From positions 26,411,504-26,475,503 of the forward strand of contig OZ037765.1 in the NCBI GenBank assembly GCA_964035545.1: a stretch of DNA of 64,000 nucleotides, given 5' to 3'. Below the pieces are notes generated by a model that made no database searches, had not been told where the DNA came from, and saw nothing but the letters and a program-made list of their open reading frames with translations. A program made the position numbers and the translations under genes. The DNA is from Bugula neritina. Lineage: Eukaryota > Animalia > Bryozoa. This document shows, piece by piece, positions 35,801 to 44,700 of this stretch (positions are counted from its first letter, which is position 1; each line of letters starts with the position of its first letter).

Positions 35801-36320
35801 ATAAAAAAATTTGGGATAGCTGGAAGCTATAAATCGTAATCTGAAATAAAAGAGTGAAAAATATGAACAAACTTTTTAGATTTTGTATGAAAAATCCTTA
35901 CAAACTTGACAGTTTGTAAAGATCATGTTCTTATGGCAAAGAAGATTGCAGCATATCTAAATAATTTTTCACATCAACTGCCTGTTTGTTTGTCTATTAT
36001 CATTGACTTTGTACAGGAGGTATACTAAAGAATATAGAGAGTCTAACCGAGGACTGATTGAGCCTCAGACTTCTACCACTAAGCAGTTTGCTGAGCTACC
36101 AAAAGCTCACAAAACCTCGAGTCAAACCCTCGTCTCCTCTCTTGAACCTTACCAGAAGCACAATGCATGGAAGTACGCTTATCATAGACATAATACCCAT
36201 GAGATTTATCCTAAAGTATGGGGGGATAGAAGTTATATTCATCTTCCTACATCTAAGCCTAGAAGACGTGCTATGGTTGTTGATAAAGTAGTAAGAGGCT
36301 ATGCTGCTAATTGTGCATAA
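26880..36320 (+). CDS. TEX36: TEX36-like HDNR-domain protein, ~246 aa; coding exons 26880-26930, 27140-27355, 35490-35659, 36017-36320
   Basis: All junctions are GT-AG and phase-compatible. The protein contains GNWY, NPFSYHDNRN...GEYLGS, LGRR, HRRYTK and HNAWKYAY, resembling the TEX36 signature PFSVHDNR...GLGRKK...RRFP. Confidence 0.8.
27621..27925 (-). repeat. 3' LTR of Gypsy element 1
   Basis: Identical to 34756-35060 except T27756 vs A34891. Confidence 0.97.
27926..27936 (-). other. Polypurine tract (GGAGGGGGCAG)
   Basis: Purine-rich run immediately 5' of the 3' LTR on the element strand. Confidence 0.9.
28193..29266 (-). CDS. Retrotransposon ORF3, 357 aa: acidic N-terminus, C2H2 finger, CxC-x12-H-x5-C finger, basic patch, C-terminal coiled coil; not Env
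   Basis: Intact ATG-to-TAA ORF between pol and the PPT. Motifs: CNLCQQRFTTHRRLKVHLPQH (28742-28804), CPCGEYSYNRDYLLRHQRTMQC (28661-28726), ERKRHR, and heptads LREVEAR-AHDLEQE-VYRLAPR-VQAASSE-LKYLQES-IKRMK. No signal peptide or TM segment is visible. Confidence 0.85.
   Translation of the reverse strand: METGSMPVDSELIQQIESELLGTTFHVNDDEDTVMADGLLDLELDTVLGQSTHDSSVPRVHSKSSDSQASNGRQSLELGCKDPPRSNTNSTLVDTLAPVSPGMPSLEMAWDSEPAPTTSTTRKLPPQLEATSNWITPATEREIRTHQGGEGNRECNLCQQRFTTHRRLKVHLPQHYITTFCPCGEYSYNRDYLLRHQRTMQCYQGHVYEVDESSYPAFLNAIKPLITDSARLSRLEQGFPSPRPIISKAADKPTQSTNSPPHSPIRMPHTFPRVVLQRVDTNAYTLPPPLPSSERKRHRQPTSSRSSPWARNLREVEARAHDLEQEVYRLAPRVQAASSELKYLQESIKRMKRAARS
29284..29925 (-). CDS. C-terminal tail of Pol/integrase, displaced into another frame at a C6 homopolymer (29927-29932)
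   Basis: Contains the typical Gypsy integrase-tail motif RTRKPPPYLKDF. One extra C would read APPLLEPRR... continuously from pol. Confidence 0.75.
   Translation of the reverse strand: MLEPRRQTTTRGRRRHGPEYEVVIPREENLVREERQLLSTEACPPPPSLIPSLPETEPVPEVQTPTEGGAPSGEQEEVTTNGEVETPLEAPTNEPTSVSPPLERGQRTRKPPPYLKDFICDCIRSGAHESLGENRTIKCWSCEPHANINFCEGGIVGGINARKANSSDLVPQKRCSAFSYADIAKGRRISQPAPTLPRTLSMDINTEFPGKPV
29919..33557 (-). CDS. pol: Pol polyprotein: aspartic protease, reverse transcriptase, RNase H, integrase with GPY/F module
   Basis: FLLDSG; FCVDYRKLN, LPFGL, YLDD; DTDAS...TDH; H..H..CEIC; VAVDLVGP, IHSDQG, GVVERNN; KFVGPY. Confidence 0.97.
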   Translation of the reverse strand: MKVQPHGESYFLPGKVAGNAVTFLLDSGCTTNLLSRRVFEALPRRDRDRVRPYTGEHGTLADGSCIPFYGIIELPGRVRDQAVQETFIIGQLEEDAILGMPFLKQHQCRIDFSKSVVLMGGRELACVNKFGRPLVGGVQVVRNCTVPGRSRATIHCRVNSNRIARLGVVESAHEKIQLASSLNRLTERGEVLVQCVNPFTEPIELPAGSMLGRFHSVQEEDVGPSLGDATEASPRHPIQGRGAVPTHLRELYETASGGCASNRERQAMAKLLRDYGDVFSSGENDVGLTGIVRHEIPLTAGTVPVRQPTRRLGPEKEKEVSRQVRDLLDRGLIEPAHSAWSSPVVLVRKKDGSWRFCVDYRKLNSVTIQDAYPLPRIDESLDALAGSKYFSTLDLLSGYWQVPLSPDAQEKAAFITRDGLWKRKVLPFGLTSAPATFQRLMEQVLSGLHWKTLLVYLDDVIVISPDFETHVSRLQEVFERLRGAGLKLKPSKCALLQPEVKYLGHVVGRNGVATDPEKVRAVEDWVTPQDLTGLRAFLGLVGYYRQYIPDFAGIAQPLNRLTAKGVTWQWTPVEQEAFDRLKGCLLAAPILAYPDPTLEYILDTDASDQNVGAVLSQVQDGREVVVAYYSKSLSPAERNYCTTRKKLLAVIKSVKHFRPYLYGRKFRLRTDHASLIWLCRRAEPSSQVARWLEILAEFSYRIEHRPGKRHSNADGLSRRPDGGCKQCLNIERRDGGPPRCELETLAHHGAPFDWDQGQLRQRVDESPEDVQNFRANPVLAGNVRELKKLQEELPGVVADIYRAKREGRRPSEERIRQGCAEFRLYCQRWDSLRIGQDGLLTISLAASGRHPERKRVVCPTAIRRELIWDTHKQAHAGVKRVISKLRLRWYWPQMERDVRLRVKQCEICQASKHSRPPGEAGRRRLYAGRPWQVVAVDLVGPMPLTPRGNNWILVLTDHFTRWADALAIPDASAPTVARALDQHVFCYFGLPEQIHSDQGAQFQSQLMSDLCHLWGVNQSRTTPYHPQGNGVVERNNRMLGDALRSLLLGRGQEEWDTVLPQVMRAYRSTPHTSTGETPNLLMLGRETRVPDHLTYHVPEQDNSVHEYASELVERMKAAHEILRQQQWKVRHEDSDEPPLYQRGDKVWMVNYRRRRGQADKLKPKFVGPYVVVEAMPNHTYKIERSGQVSIQNESRLKPYWASPDGVGEAPRC
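33554..33901 (-). CDS. 115-codon open -1 frame linking gag to protease (not in the ORF track)
   Basis: It reads LSRPADTLPPRGPQLKEYGGTRRRLSVRTRR...FSLPLANRF...RRRKPRKPR...AHAGG*. Its start aligns with the end of the element-2 gag ORF (RGP..KE..GG...VRT.R). Confidence 0.75.
   Translation of the reverse strand: MSRPADTLPPRGPQLKEYGGTRRRLSVRTRRNILPEWQVPRRTSRPAQRPSTFSLPLANRFHRLPREEEPATEMEPEGPVERPKPRRHQPRRRKPRKPRVEPPPSCQTRTAHAGG
33856..34722 (-). CDS. gag: Gag (288 aa) with an eroded zinc knuckle
   Basis: First ORF after the PBS. It has capsid-like KAPTFTGSEDVEQFI...W...ALRARF and is clearly homologous to element-2 Gag. Confidence 0.9.
   Translation of the reverse strand: METENARMQPPPVEGERRNAVNPVNREGEEAYRHCLKAPTFTGSEDVEQFIQEFREVMEVAQWPHRVALIKLRRAVTEQAKPYGVGTDVDGILAALRARFGTSVIDARTKLERLCRTPRTSLQEHAATVKKLAQIAYSDLPAQHQERYTYDAFVQSLNDLGLDHHLRAKGITRIEDALKAGEAYLLATQMHRAQRNPPVVGVSAARATTGSEALPLEAEVDRMVEMLGQLVTILAGAGPGQALRMPPTPVGQGWSSADQDQGQKGRPQYQGALNCHGPRTLSLPAGRN
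33863..33907 (-). other. Candidate programmed -1 ribosomal frameshift signal
   Basis: In-phase G_TTA_AAC (33907-33901), a 5-nt spacer, then a perfect 10-bp stem CGGCCCGCGG/CCGCGGGCCG (33895-33886 with 33872-33863) closing a 13-nt loop. Confidence 0.8.
34737..34754 (-). other. Primer-binding site complementary to the tRNA-Leu 3' end
   Basis: TGGTGGCAGCGGTGGGAT lies 1 nt from the 5' LTR. Its complement ATCCCACCGCTGCCACCA matches the animal tRNA-Leu(AAG/TAG-type) 3' end. Confidence 0.9.
34756..35060 (-). repeat. 5' LTR of Gypsy element 1
   Basis: TG...CA termini. On the element strand it has AGCCAAT, an AT-rich box, an Inr-like TCAGTT and ATTAAA in the expected U3-R order. Confidence 0.97.
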
Positions 36321-37712
36321 GCAATTCTCAACCTGTCCTAAAGTTATTAACTGGTACAACCTTGAATTTTATTTTATTTTTCTAACTGATCAAAGCATAA
36401 TTTTGTTTATCATGTTTAAAATGTTGACTTTTTTATTTTTGTTCCATCATGTTTGTGTTTTGTAAAATTACTTTTGACAACTTTGTCAATATCCATGTAG
36501 CATTATTTTTTGAATTTGTTATGAAAATATTAGAAATTCAAATTAATTATGTTATATTTCAGCTACTTACTTATAGCATAATTTTAACCCATAACTCTTA
36601 TATATTCAAGTTTGTTCATCTTAATCATTGAGTTTGTCCAGGAATAACACTGACAACAAGCTTGAAAAGATTTTTAAACATAAAGTTTTATCTTTACAAG
36701 GAAAAATATTAAAATTCAATCCTGTTGCTTAGCTTTAATCTTTATAATTAGGGAATTTACTGTCTTAAAAGAGTTGGAATTGTTTTAGCAGTTACCAAAT
36801 ATATATTCTCAAAAGACAAAAAGACACTAATGTTAAAGAAAAATATTACCATATAAACAACAGGTATATAAATATTTTGATGAAGTCCATTAAACACTCT
36901 CAAAATTGTTTAAATCAACATGTATATTTAATGAGCTGTCAAAGCTAGATTTAACAAAACAATTCTACCAATTACTAATTTTAGCATTACCCATAGTTTG
37001 TTTTCAAAATGAATAAAACATTAGAAAAAATAATGACCCTACAACTAATGAGATAATAAATGTGCATTCTGTGAGATTTATGTTGGACAAACCATATATA
37101 GCTTCTCCATCATTTGTCTTAAAAATGCAGCACACATTTTTTGCAAACAGAAACATGTGTGTGATATTGATTTGGTGAATCAGTAATTCAGTTTAGAATG
37201 AGTTATCAAATGAGAACTATGGCATATAACAAGACCTTTACAGCACCACGAATTGCCTATAAATTTTAAATAAGTTTATAAAACCATTATATCTGCCTTT
37301 AAAGAATCACATACCTAATTTTACTTAGATCTTCATTACCATTACTTCAAAATTTAAAATGCTGTTTAATTTGATATTCTAATTAGATTCAATCCTGAAC
37401 AGCAATAAAGGGCATTAGGAATTACACATTCTGTATATTCAGAGCTTTATCACTAAGTAAACAAAGCTGGCTTGCTAGCACACTCTTAGCTCAAGACTTC
37501 ATTAAGATGTAAACAGAGGATGTAAGAGTTAAGCAGAATTTATCTGTGAATTATGACATAATATACAAAAGTCAACAGTATATTTAAGATAAAATATTGG
37601 TGACAGAATTAATCAGCATAACCTGTTATGGGTAAAATATTCCCATCAATGTGTTACATAAACACAGCTGGCTGGGGTGAGTAGTGTCGAGTGTTATTCG
37701 TAATACCACAAC

Positions 37713-40700
37713 ATGGGGAGACCACTAACAGCCAAAATAGCTTTCTTTCTTTCTTTTGTTGTTTATCTGATAGATGTTTATCGCTTCAAGGTAAGAAATA
37801 ATAAAAATATGTATAAAATTGTCATAGTATGTGCTCCTTAACATCAGTACATTCAGAAGAATGTAGGCTAATTTCTGTTTGGTTACTTGGCATTACAATT
37901 TGTGAAACTAACCAAATAATTTTGTAATTTTTTACAGTCTAAAAATAAATATAACTCATGTCATAATAGCATTGTTTCGCCAATGTCATATATAAATTAT
38001 TTGCTTTATATAACTTGATTTTAATATCCCTTATTGGATATTTCCGTACACTTTGACCATTTATTAAAGAAACCAGCTGCAGTAAAATCCTTAATTTTAA
38101 TGCAAATTTTACCGCCATTTATTTTATCATTTAGGTTTTGGCGTCTGTTTCTCTCTCTAAAGACATGGAACAATGTAACATTATAGACAATTATAACTCT
38201 CGTCAAACTTTTTCAACTGTAAATACATGTCCAGAAAGTATGTCATATGAGGATCTTTCAAGGAATTGCTCAAAAGTTACCGAGACAGATTTGGCCAGTA
38301 GAATACCAGTAACAGATGTCTACACTGGCCAAACCTTTCAGAACATTTACTGCTTCCTTTGCTATCACAACCATTCTAATGTGGCAAGATGGCACTTGAG
38401 CATATCTTGTGGGCCAACTGAAAAAGCTGTAAACTATACTGAAGATATTGATGAGGACAAAGTACGACTTTGCAAACCCCAAATTATAAAACCAAAATCT
38501 GTTCAACTTGAACAATGTAGCAAAATAGTAAGGGAAAAAAGAGAACCGAAAAAATCCAAGAACAACTATATGCCGGAACCGAGAGCAGATAACCCTCCGT
38601 GGACTTATGGATTTACCACTTTGTTCAACTTTGGTGCAAACGGAGATACCCATTGGCTGCTCACATCAGACATGGAGGAGTTTCTATCGAAATCGTCATG
38701 CACAGAGGAAACACAAATATTTAATCCATTCACTCTTGAGTGTCTCGAACTAAATTGCCCTCGCAGTGAGATATCACTTAACGGAAAATGTAAAAAAGCA
38801 AATTCGGTGACAAAATCAGTGCCAATGGTTTGCGTGACCTTTGAAATCTACTATGAATTTTATGAGCCAACTAATGCATCTGATTATGAATGGAAACTGG
38901 TGAATTTATTTCTAAATAAATACGAAATAGATCCATTAGATATAACCATTCCGTTGACACAAAACTCAGGAGATAGTCTATGTCCTGGAATTGATTTGTT
39001 ACAATTCAATAATTCATGGCAGAATAAAGATGAAACATCAGTAAACTTTTATTTAAATCAACCACATTTTGCAATTGACAACGGCACTGACATACTTCCT
39101 TTAATGAATGAAACAGCAACATGTTTGAATCTTAAAAACAAGACTTCACACAAAATAACACTATCAGTTAAATTTGCTGAAACCCACCCTCAACTTGAAA
39201 AATTGCGTAATACGTTTAAATCAAATAAAGTTGGGTTAAAAAACAATGAGTTAGGGTTCCTTTGGAAAAAGAAAAATGGACAAACTTTGGGTTTTAGCTG
39301 CCTATCAACATTTGAAAAACAATTTCTCTATCATGATTGGTGTCAAGGCATTCGAAAAGAGTACTTTAATGATGAGTTTGAGCTTCTTTCATTGACGAAA
39401 TTGAGAATTAAAAGCACCAATCAGACTTACTCTGCTTCTCAGTTTCAATACACTCTCGTCACCAATAACGGGACAATTCAAGGCAATATCTCTAAAATGG
39501 CATCTACATGTGACACGTTGCCTTACATTAAAAATCAAAGTTCTTGTATAAAATTAGCAATTAACGACACACATTATGATCAACAGCAAGATGGCAGTAT
39601 TAAAGTCAATTCATTCGCCGAACTCTCTAAACTTCAGCTGCCATACGAAAGTGAACCAAGAAAACCCATCAAGAGTGTTTTTACACCAGAAGAATATGAA
39701 TACATACAAAATGACACCGACATTTTTGGTGAGCAAATGTTGGAAAATGATTCGACAGTAGCCATATGCATTCCTGAAGAACTCATAATGCTGTTTATCG
39801 AGTTGGAGCTTTGGAATAAAGTAAACATAAAACCCAGCTGTTCATATCTGCAAAAGTTTGCCTGGGGTTCCTCAGTCACAGGATTTGTGTTCTCTTCAAT
39901 TTCAATGCTCGCTATGATTGCTGTGCTGATTACATATATCATGTTCAGAACCCTGCGTACATTACCAGGAATTAGTTTAATGAATTTGACTTGCGCAATC
40001 ATGCTCTCTCAAATAACATTTCTAGCAGCAATGCTTGCTCCGACTGACTTAGATGACAGCAACCATGTATGTTTTACCATGGCAGTTTTGACGCATTACT
40101 GCACACTATCCAGTTTTATGTGGATGAATGTTATGGCTTACAGCAGCTACAGGTCATTCGGTGCTGATTTGAAGACAAGATTAACAAAATTGAATAAACG
40201 GCACCTCATTGCCAACAGCCTTTATGGCTGGGGAATTCCTGCTTTAATAGTAGCCATTTGCGTTGCTGTCGACATTATCAAAAAGGAAGAGCAACTAATT
40301 GCATATGGTGTAGTTTCAGGAATTAAAGTGTTTGATGACTTGGGTGCAGATGGAGATGGTGTAGATAAAATTCAGATACGTTACAGGAAAATGTCAACCT
40401 GTTGGATAGGAAATAGCAAAGCAGCACTGGTGATATTTGGAGCACCGATGGTCTACAGCATGATTGTGAATTTAACACTCTTTATTAAAACATGCTACGG
40501 TAATTATAAAATACTATTTATTTAGTTTTTTAAATCATATATATAGTTTTTATTTATTACGGTCTATCAGCACTGGTCTGTTCTCTATAGCCATAAATGT
40601 CTTGCTTATAATATTACCAGGTATGAGGGAACAATGTAACAAAAGTAAACCTCGCCCGGTTTTGAGACGAGACTCTGGATCTGGTAAACTGAAACAGCGA

Positions 40701-41135
40701 AGTGAAATGGCCATCCACTGCAGGCTGTCAGCACAGTATGGCTTTTCTTGGATTGTAGGAGTCATCATAATAATCTTAGGGGTATCACACACAGAAGACA
40801 AGGCTGTCTGCTACACATTACACATACTCAACCTAATATTCAATGTCCTCTATGGATGCACTGGCCTATTTCTTTTCTTTGCTTTCCTCGTCAACAAAAG
40901 AATTCTACATTTATACAAAGCCCGATTTTCATCCAAAAGATTTCCACACTATAAATCGTCTAAGTCTAACTCTGCATTCAGTAAGTCATGGCAAGTGTCT
41001 ACAATATCCAGCAAGGTGAGCAGTCCCACGACACCAATTGAGGAAGAGCCAGATGTTTCAGCAAATAATAATAACGTAGATAATACTAAAGTCAGCCATG
41101 GAAGTATTAATGTGGCATTTGTTGATCACTTATAA
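37713..41135 (+). CDS. Class-B (Methuselah-like/adhesion-related) GPCR, ~985 aa; exons 37713-37790, 38135-40499, 40621-41135
   Basis: Signal-peptide exon and a Cys-rich ectodomain (PVTDVYTGQTFQNIYCFLC). The 7tm_2-type core has LRTLPGISLMNL, HYCTLSSFMWMNVMA, YGWGIP, CWIGN, GFSWI and GLFLFFAF. No obvious GPS motif. Confidence 0.88.
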
Positions 41136-41796
41136 CGTGAGATGAATAAAAAAGTATTGACAATTTTGTCCCATTTGCGATAACTTCTGCAGATAGATTA
41201 AAGGGTAAAACTATCTGTCAATTACTGTGATGAATATTAATGGCTGCCTTGGCTTGGGTTAATGATGTAAAGCAATCATTTTCGATTGCTTCAATTAATA
41301 GTTATTTATTATGTTATTATATTATTAAATATTGTAAACCTATTCAAGGGGAAAACTCTGAACAGTAACAATACTGCATTATAAAATGCAAAAGCAAGTT
41401 TTCCATAATGTAGTGCGTTACATGCCTATGCTATTTTACCTAGAGTGTGCAATATACTGTAACAGTATTACTGTTGTACTACATGTTTTTGAATCCAACT
41501 TCTTTTTAAGCCATGTATAGTATTATGTTCCTTATTCTCATATACATGACAAAATCTCTAATTATACAAGAAAAATGTATGTGTATTATGTATTGTGTAT
41601 TAAAGTTTAAAAAATAAAGGCTCTAACAAAAATATTTTGCTATTGCACAAAAGACGGTCTCTACATGAAGTAGATTACTATAATGCCAGAGTTTTAGAAG
41701 CATAAAATAATTAAGATATTTCTTAAATCCAGGACTATAAAATAGCCATGTGCCTAATATTTACAGCATAACCTGCACACCTGGTTTATTCCACTA

Positions 41797-44700
41797 TCAG
41801 TCATAACTTTTCAATTTTTCTTTAGTACCAGGACTGAAGAAATCTAAAAAAGATATGGTGATAGATTAAAGTTGGGGCAATGGATCACAAAGATACATTA
41901 TAAACAATCTATGCCTGTTTCAAGCTGTTTCAAAAGCGTATGCGAGTGAGTGAGTAAGTTTGTGAATGAGAGAATTCGTCAATGAGTGAGTGAGGGAAAG
42001 AGTGAAAGCAAATTGTTCGAATTAAAACAAAGTAATACACTAGCTAGTTATCAGAAAAACTAACTGAATACCCGACTTCAGTTGAAAACAACTAACCGGT
42101 GATTGTCTTGTTACCGATGGAAGCTCTCATACGAGCTCTGTGTCCAGCTTGAGCAGATGTCACTACTTGGTGACAGGGAGTGCAAAGTGTCCTCAGGTTG
42201 TCTACATCACACTGACCGCCACCAGCATACACTGGCAGTATGTGATCCACATGCCAAAACTAAAAGTAACAAACACGTCTCTGTTGACAAACAACAAGTA
42301 ATTCAATAGCCTACTTCATGAAACACAAAACAAATTCATTTAATTTCCTGGCACTTGGCTAATCTCAGAGTAGAAATTAACTGATGCAACAAAAAGAGGC
42401 ACCTTACCAGGGAAAATAAACATTTTAGAAAAAATTATTTTTTGAAAATTTATAACAACACACAGTCATATACTGATAGTGCGTTTATCATCAATAGAAA
42501 TACAAACCTGCCCTTCAGATGGATCCTTCACCATGGTGACCTTTACATGAGCAGAAAGTGAAGCATATTTACTGTTTTGGATCAGCTCAGCTCTTTCTTT
42601 CAGTGACCGGCTGCACCTTCAGTAGTACAACACAGGCAACACTTAGCAACATTTACAACTCCTGGCATATACAGTCACATTACTATTACATCATCAATAT
42701 TTTTACACAGCTGCAACATGCCAGTAACTGCTATCTTTGTTGTATAAACCTATAGATTACATGTTACTACCAATTTAATGGCAGCTTGTAATATTGCCTG
42801 TATATACATACATAAATAGTCTTTTACTAAACAAGTTGAAAACTAAAGAAACATTGGTGCAATTCAAACATTCAAGCAGCTTAACTTTTGTTCTATTCAA
42901 ATAAAATTTAGTAGACACATTACAACAGAGCAGTTAATGTCAGAGTTGTGTTCTCCAACTATTTTTGAGTTTCAACAAAACTTGCTTACAGTTTTAATAC
43001 TTTTTAGAATAAGCCGTGAAACTTTTACAATACATTGAAAATTATAAAAGTTCATTACACAGAATATTGCAAAAAGTCTAAGTTGAACAGCTCTCAAATG
43101 TGTTAGAATAAGAAGCATACTTGATTCTCTTGTAGAGTTCACTGCCATTCACACCACACTGTTCACAGACTCCAGAGTCTAGCGACTTGGCAGTACTTCT
43201 GATGTAATCCGTGTTGCTTTTTATCTACAGTCAATATAGAGAACTTATAATAATCTGACATTCCCACTCCACTTTGCTGAATAAATTCATAATAGATAGG
43301 CGATGTTGACGCAAGATGTTCATGGGCTTTAAAGTTTAAACAACAAATCCAATAGTAGCACTTTTTTCCCATGTTTTTTCTTTACTAATTTTAATATAAT
43401 GCATATTTATTAATTACCTATTCCATACCCAGAATTTGTAATAGTGTGTAAAAAAACTTGCAATGATCAGCTACAAATATTTACCAAGAAATTGTCAGCA
43501 CATTCCGGAGAGCAGAACCTCGTCTGCCAGCCATACTTCTCGTCAGCAACAACCGAGTCATTCAGTAAGTCTGAGTCATACTCGGAGTGACACGTGATGC
43601 AAAGAGGCTTGTTTGCTGCCGACATCACCTGAAACATTAGAGTTGACTGCTGCTAGATGCAGTAGAAGAAACTGGCTTGAAAACATTAGTACAAACAATG
43701 CTTAAATTCTAGCAAAGGACATCTTGATTAGCTAATATAAAAACTCCCGCAAGTTTATAGTCACTATTCCTGTGAGAATCCCTGGTGAAATTTTTTTTAA
43801 AGCGAGCATAGGACTTATCCATAAGTGGGACGGGAGCAATTATAACTACATGACATAACGTCATTGCCAGTGTTTGGACTTGAACCCCTTACCAAGTGTT
43901 TCAATGTTCTAACCACTACACTATGGCAAGTATAATTATAAAAATACCATCAGATATATACTTTACCTGCACATAGCCAGCACCCGGTCTATTATTCTCG
44001 TTAACATTGACTGCTCTATCCCTGACTGGACGCTGTATGACTCTAGTTTGAGCTCCTGGATTGGATTCAACTAGTCTATTAGCTTCTTCTGCAATGTCTG
44101 CCTACAACAGCATCTCTGTGCGTGCCAGTTAAGTTACCATATGTATTGTATCTACGCAGTGTTCTTATAATTTGAAAATACCACTGCAAAACTTAATTTC
44201 CAAAAACATTTAAAAAAGCTTCTTTTTATAAATAAGAAATTTATATAGTTAACGTACATTCCAGCTGCAAGAAATATTATTTTAAACTGTACTGCACAAC
44301 AGGTCATGCATGCCCCTTAAATCACCATTGTTACTGTCATATTTTAAAGATTGACTTCACTTAACAAGCTAAACAAGATTTACTTTAGATTTGTAGCGCT
44401 GTCTGTTAGAAGTTCTAAGTTTTGTTAATTTGCCACCAAAATATGCTTGTTCTGGGCAGTCTATCGGCTCTTTCTTCTTGATTAGCACCTTTTGCTCCCT
44501 TTTCTAAATATATACCCTACTATATTAATTTATTTAACATAAAGCAAACTAAGAATAATAGTTTGAAATCATCACATTATGAGAATTAGGTGTTTTGCAC
44601 TGTATTAAGAGTTATCTTCCCCGATAAAAAGGCAAGTACAGAATTAGATAAATAGAAATTATGTATTTTACTTGCAAGTTTGAAGGCACAGGTAAAAAGT

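Noticed and set aside
43864-43927. Functional tRNA gene
   Set aside because: About 64 nt with no proper anticodon arm and a weak acceptor stem; better explained as a SINE head or pseudogene.
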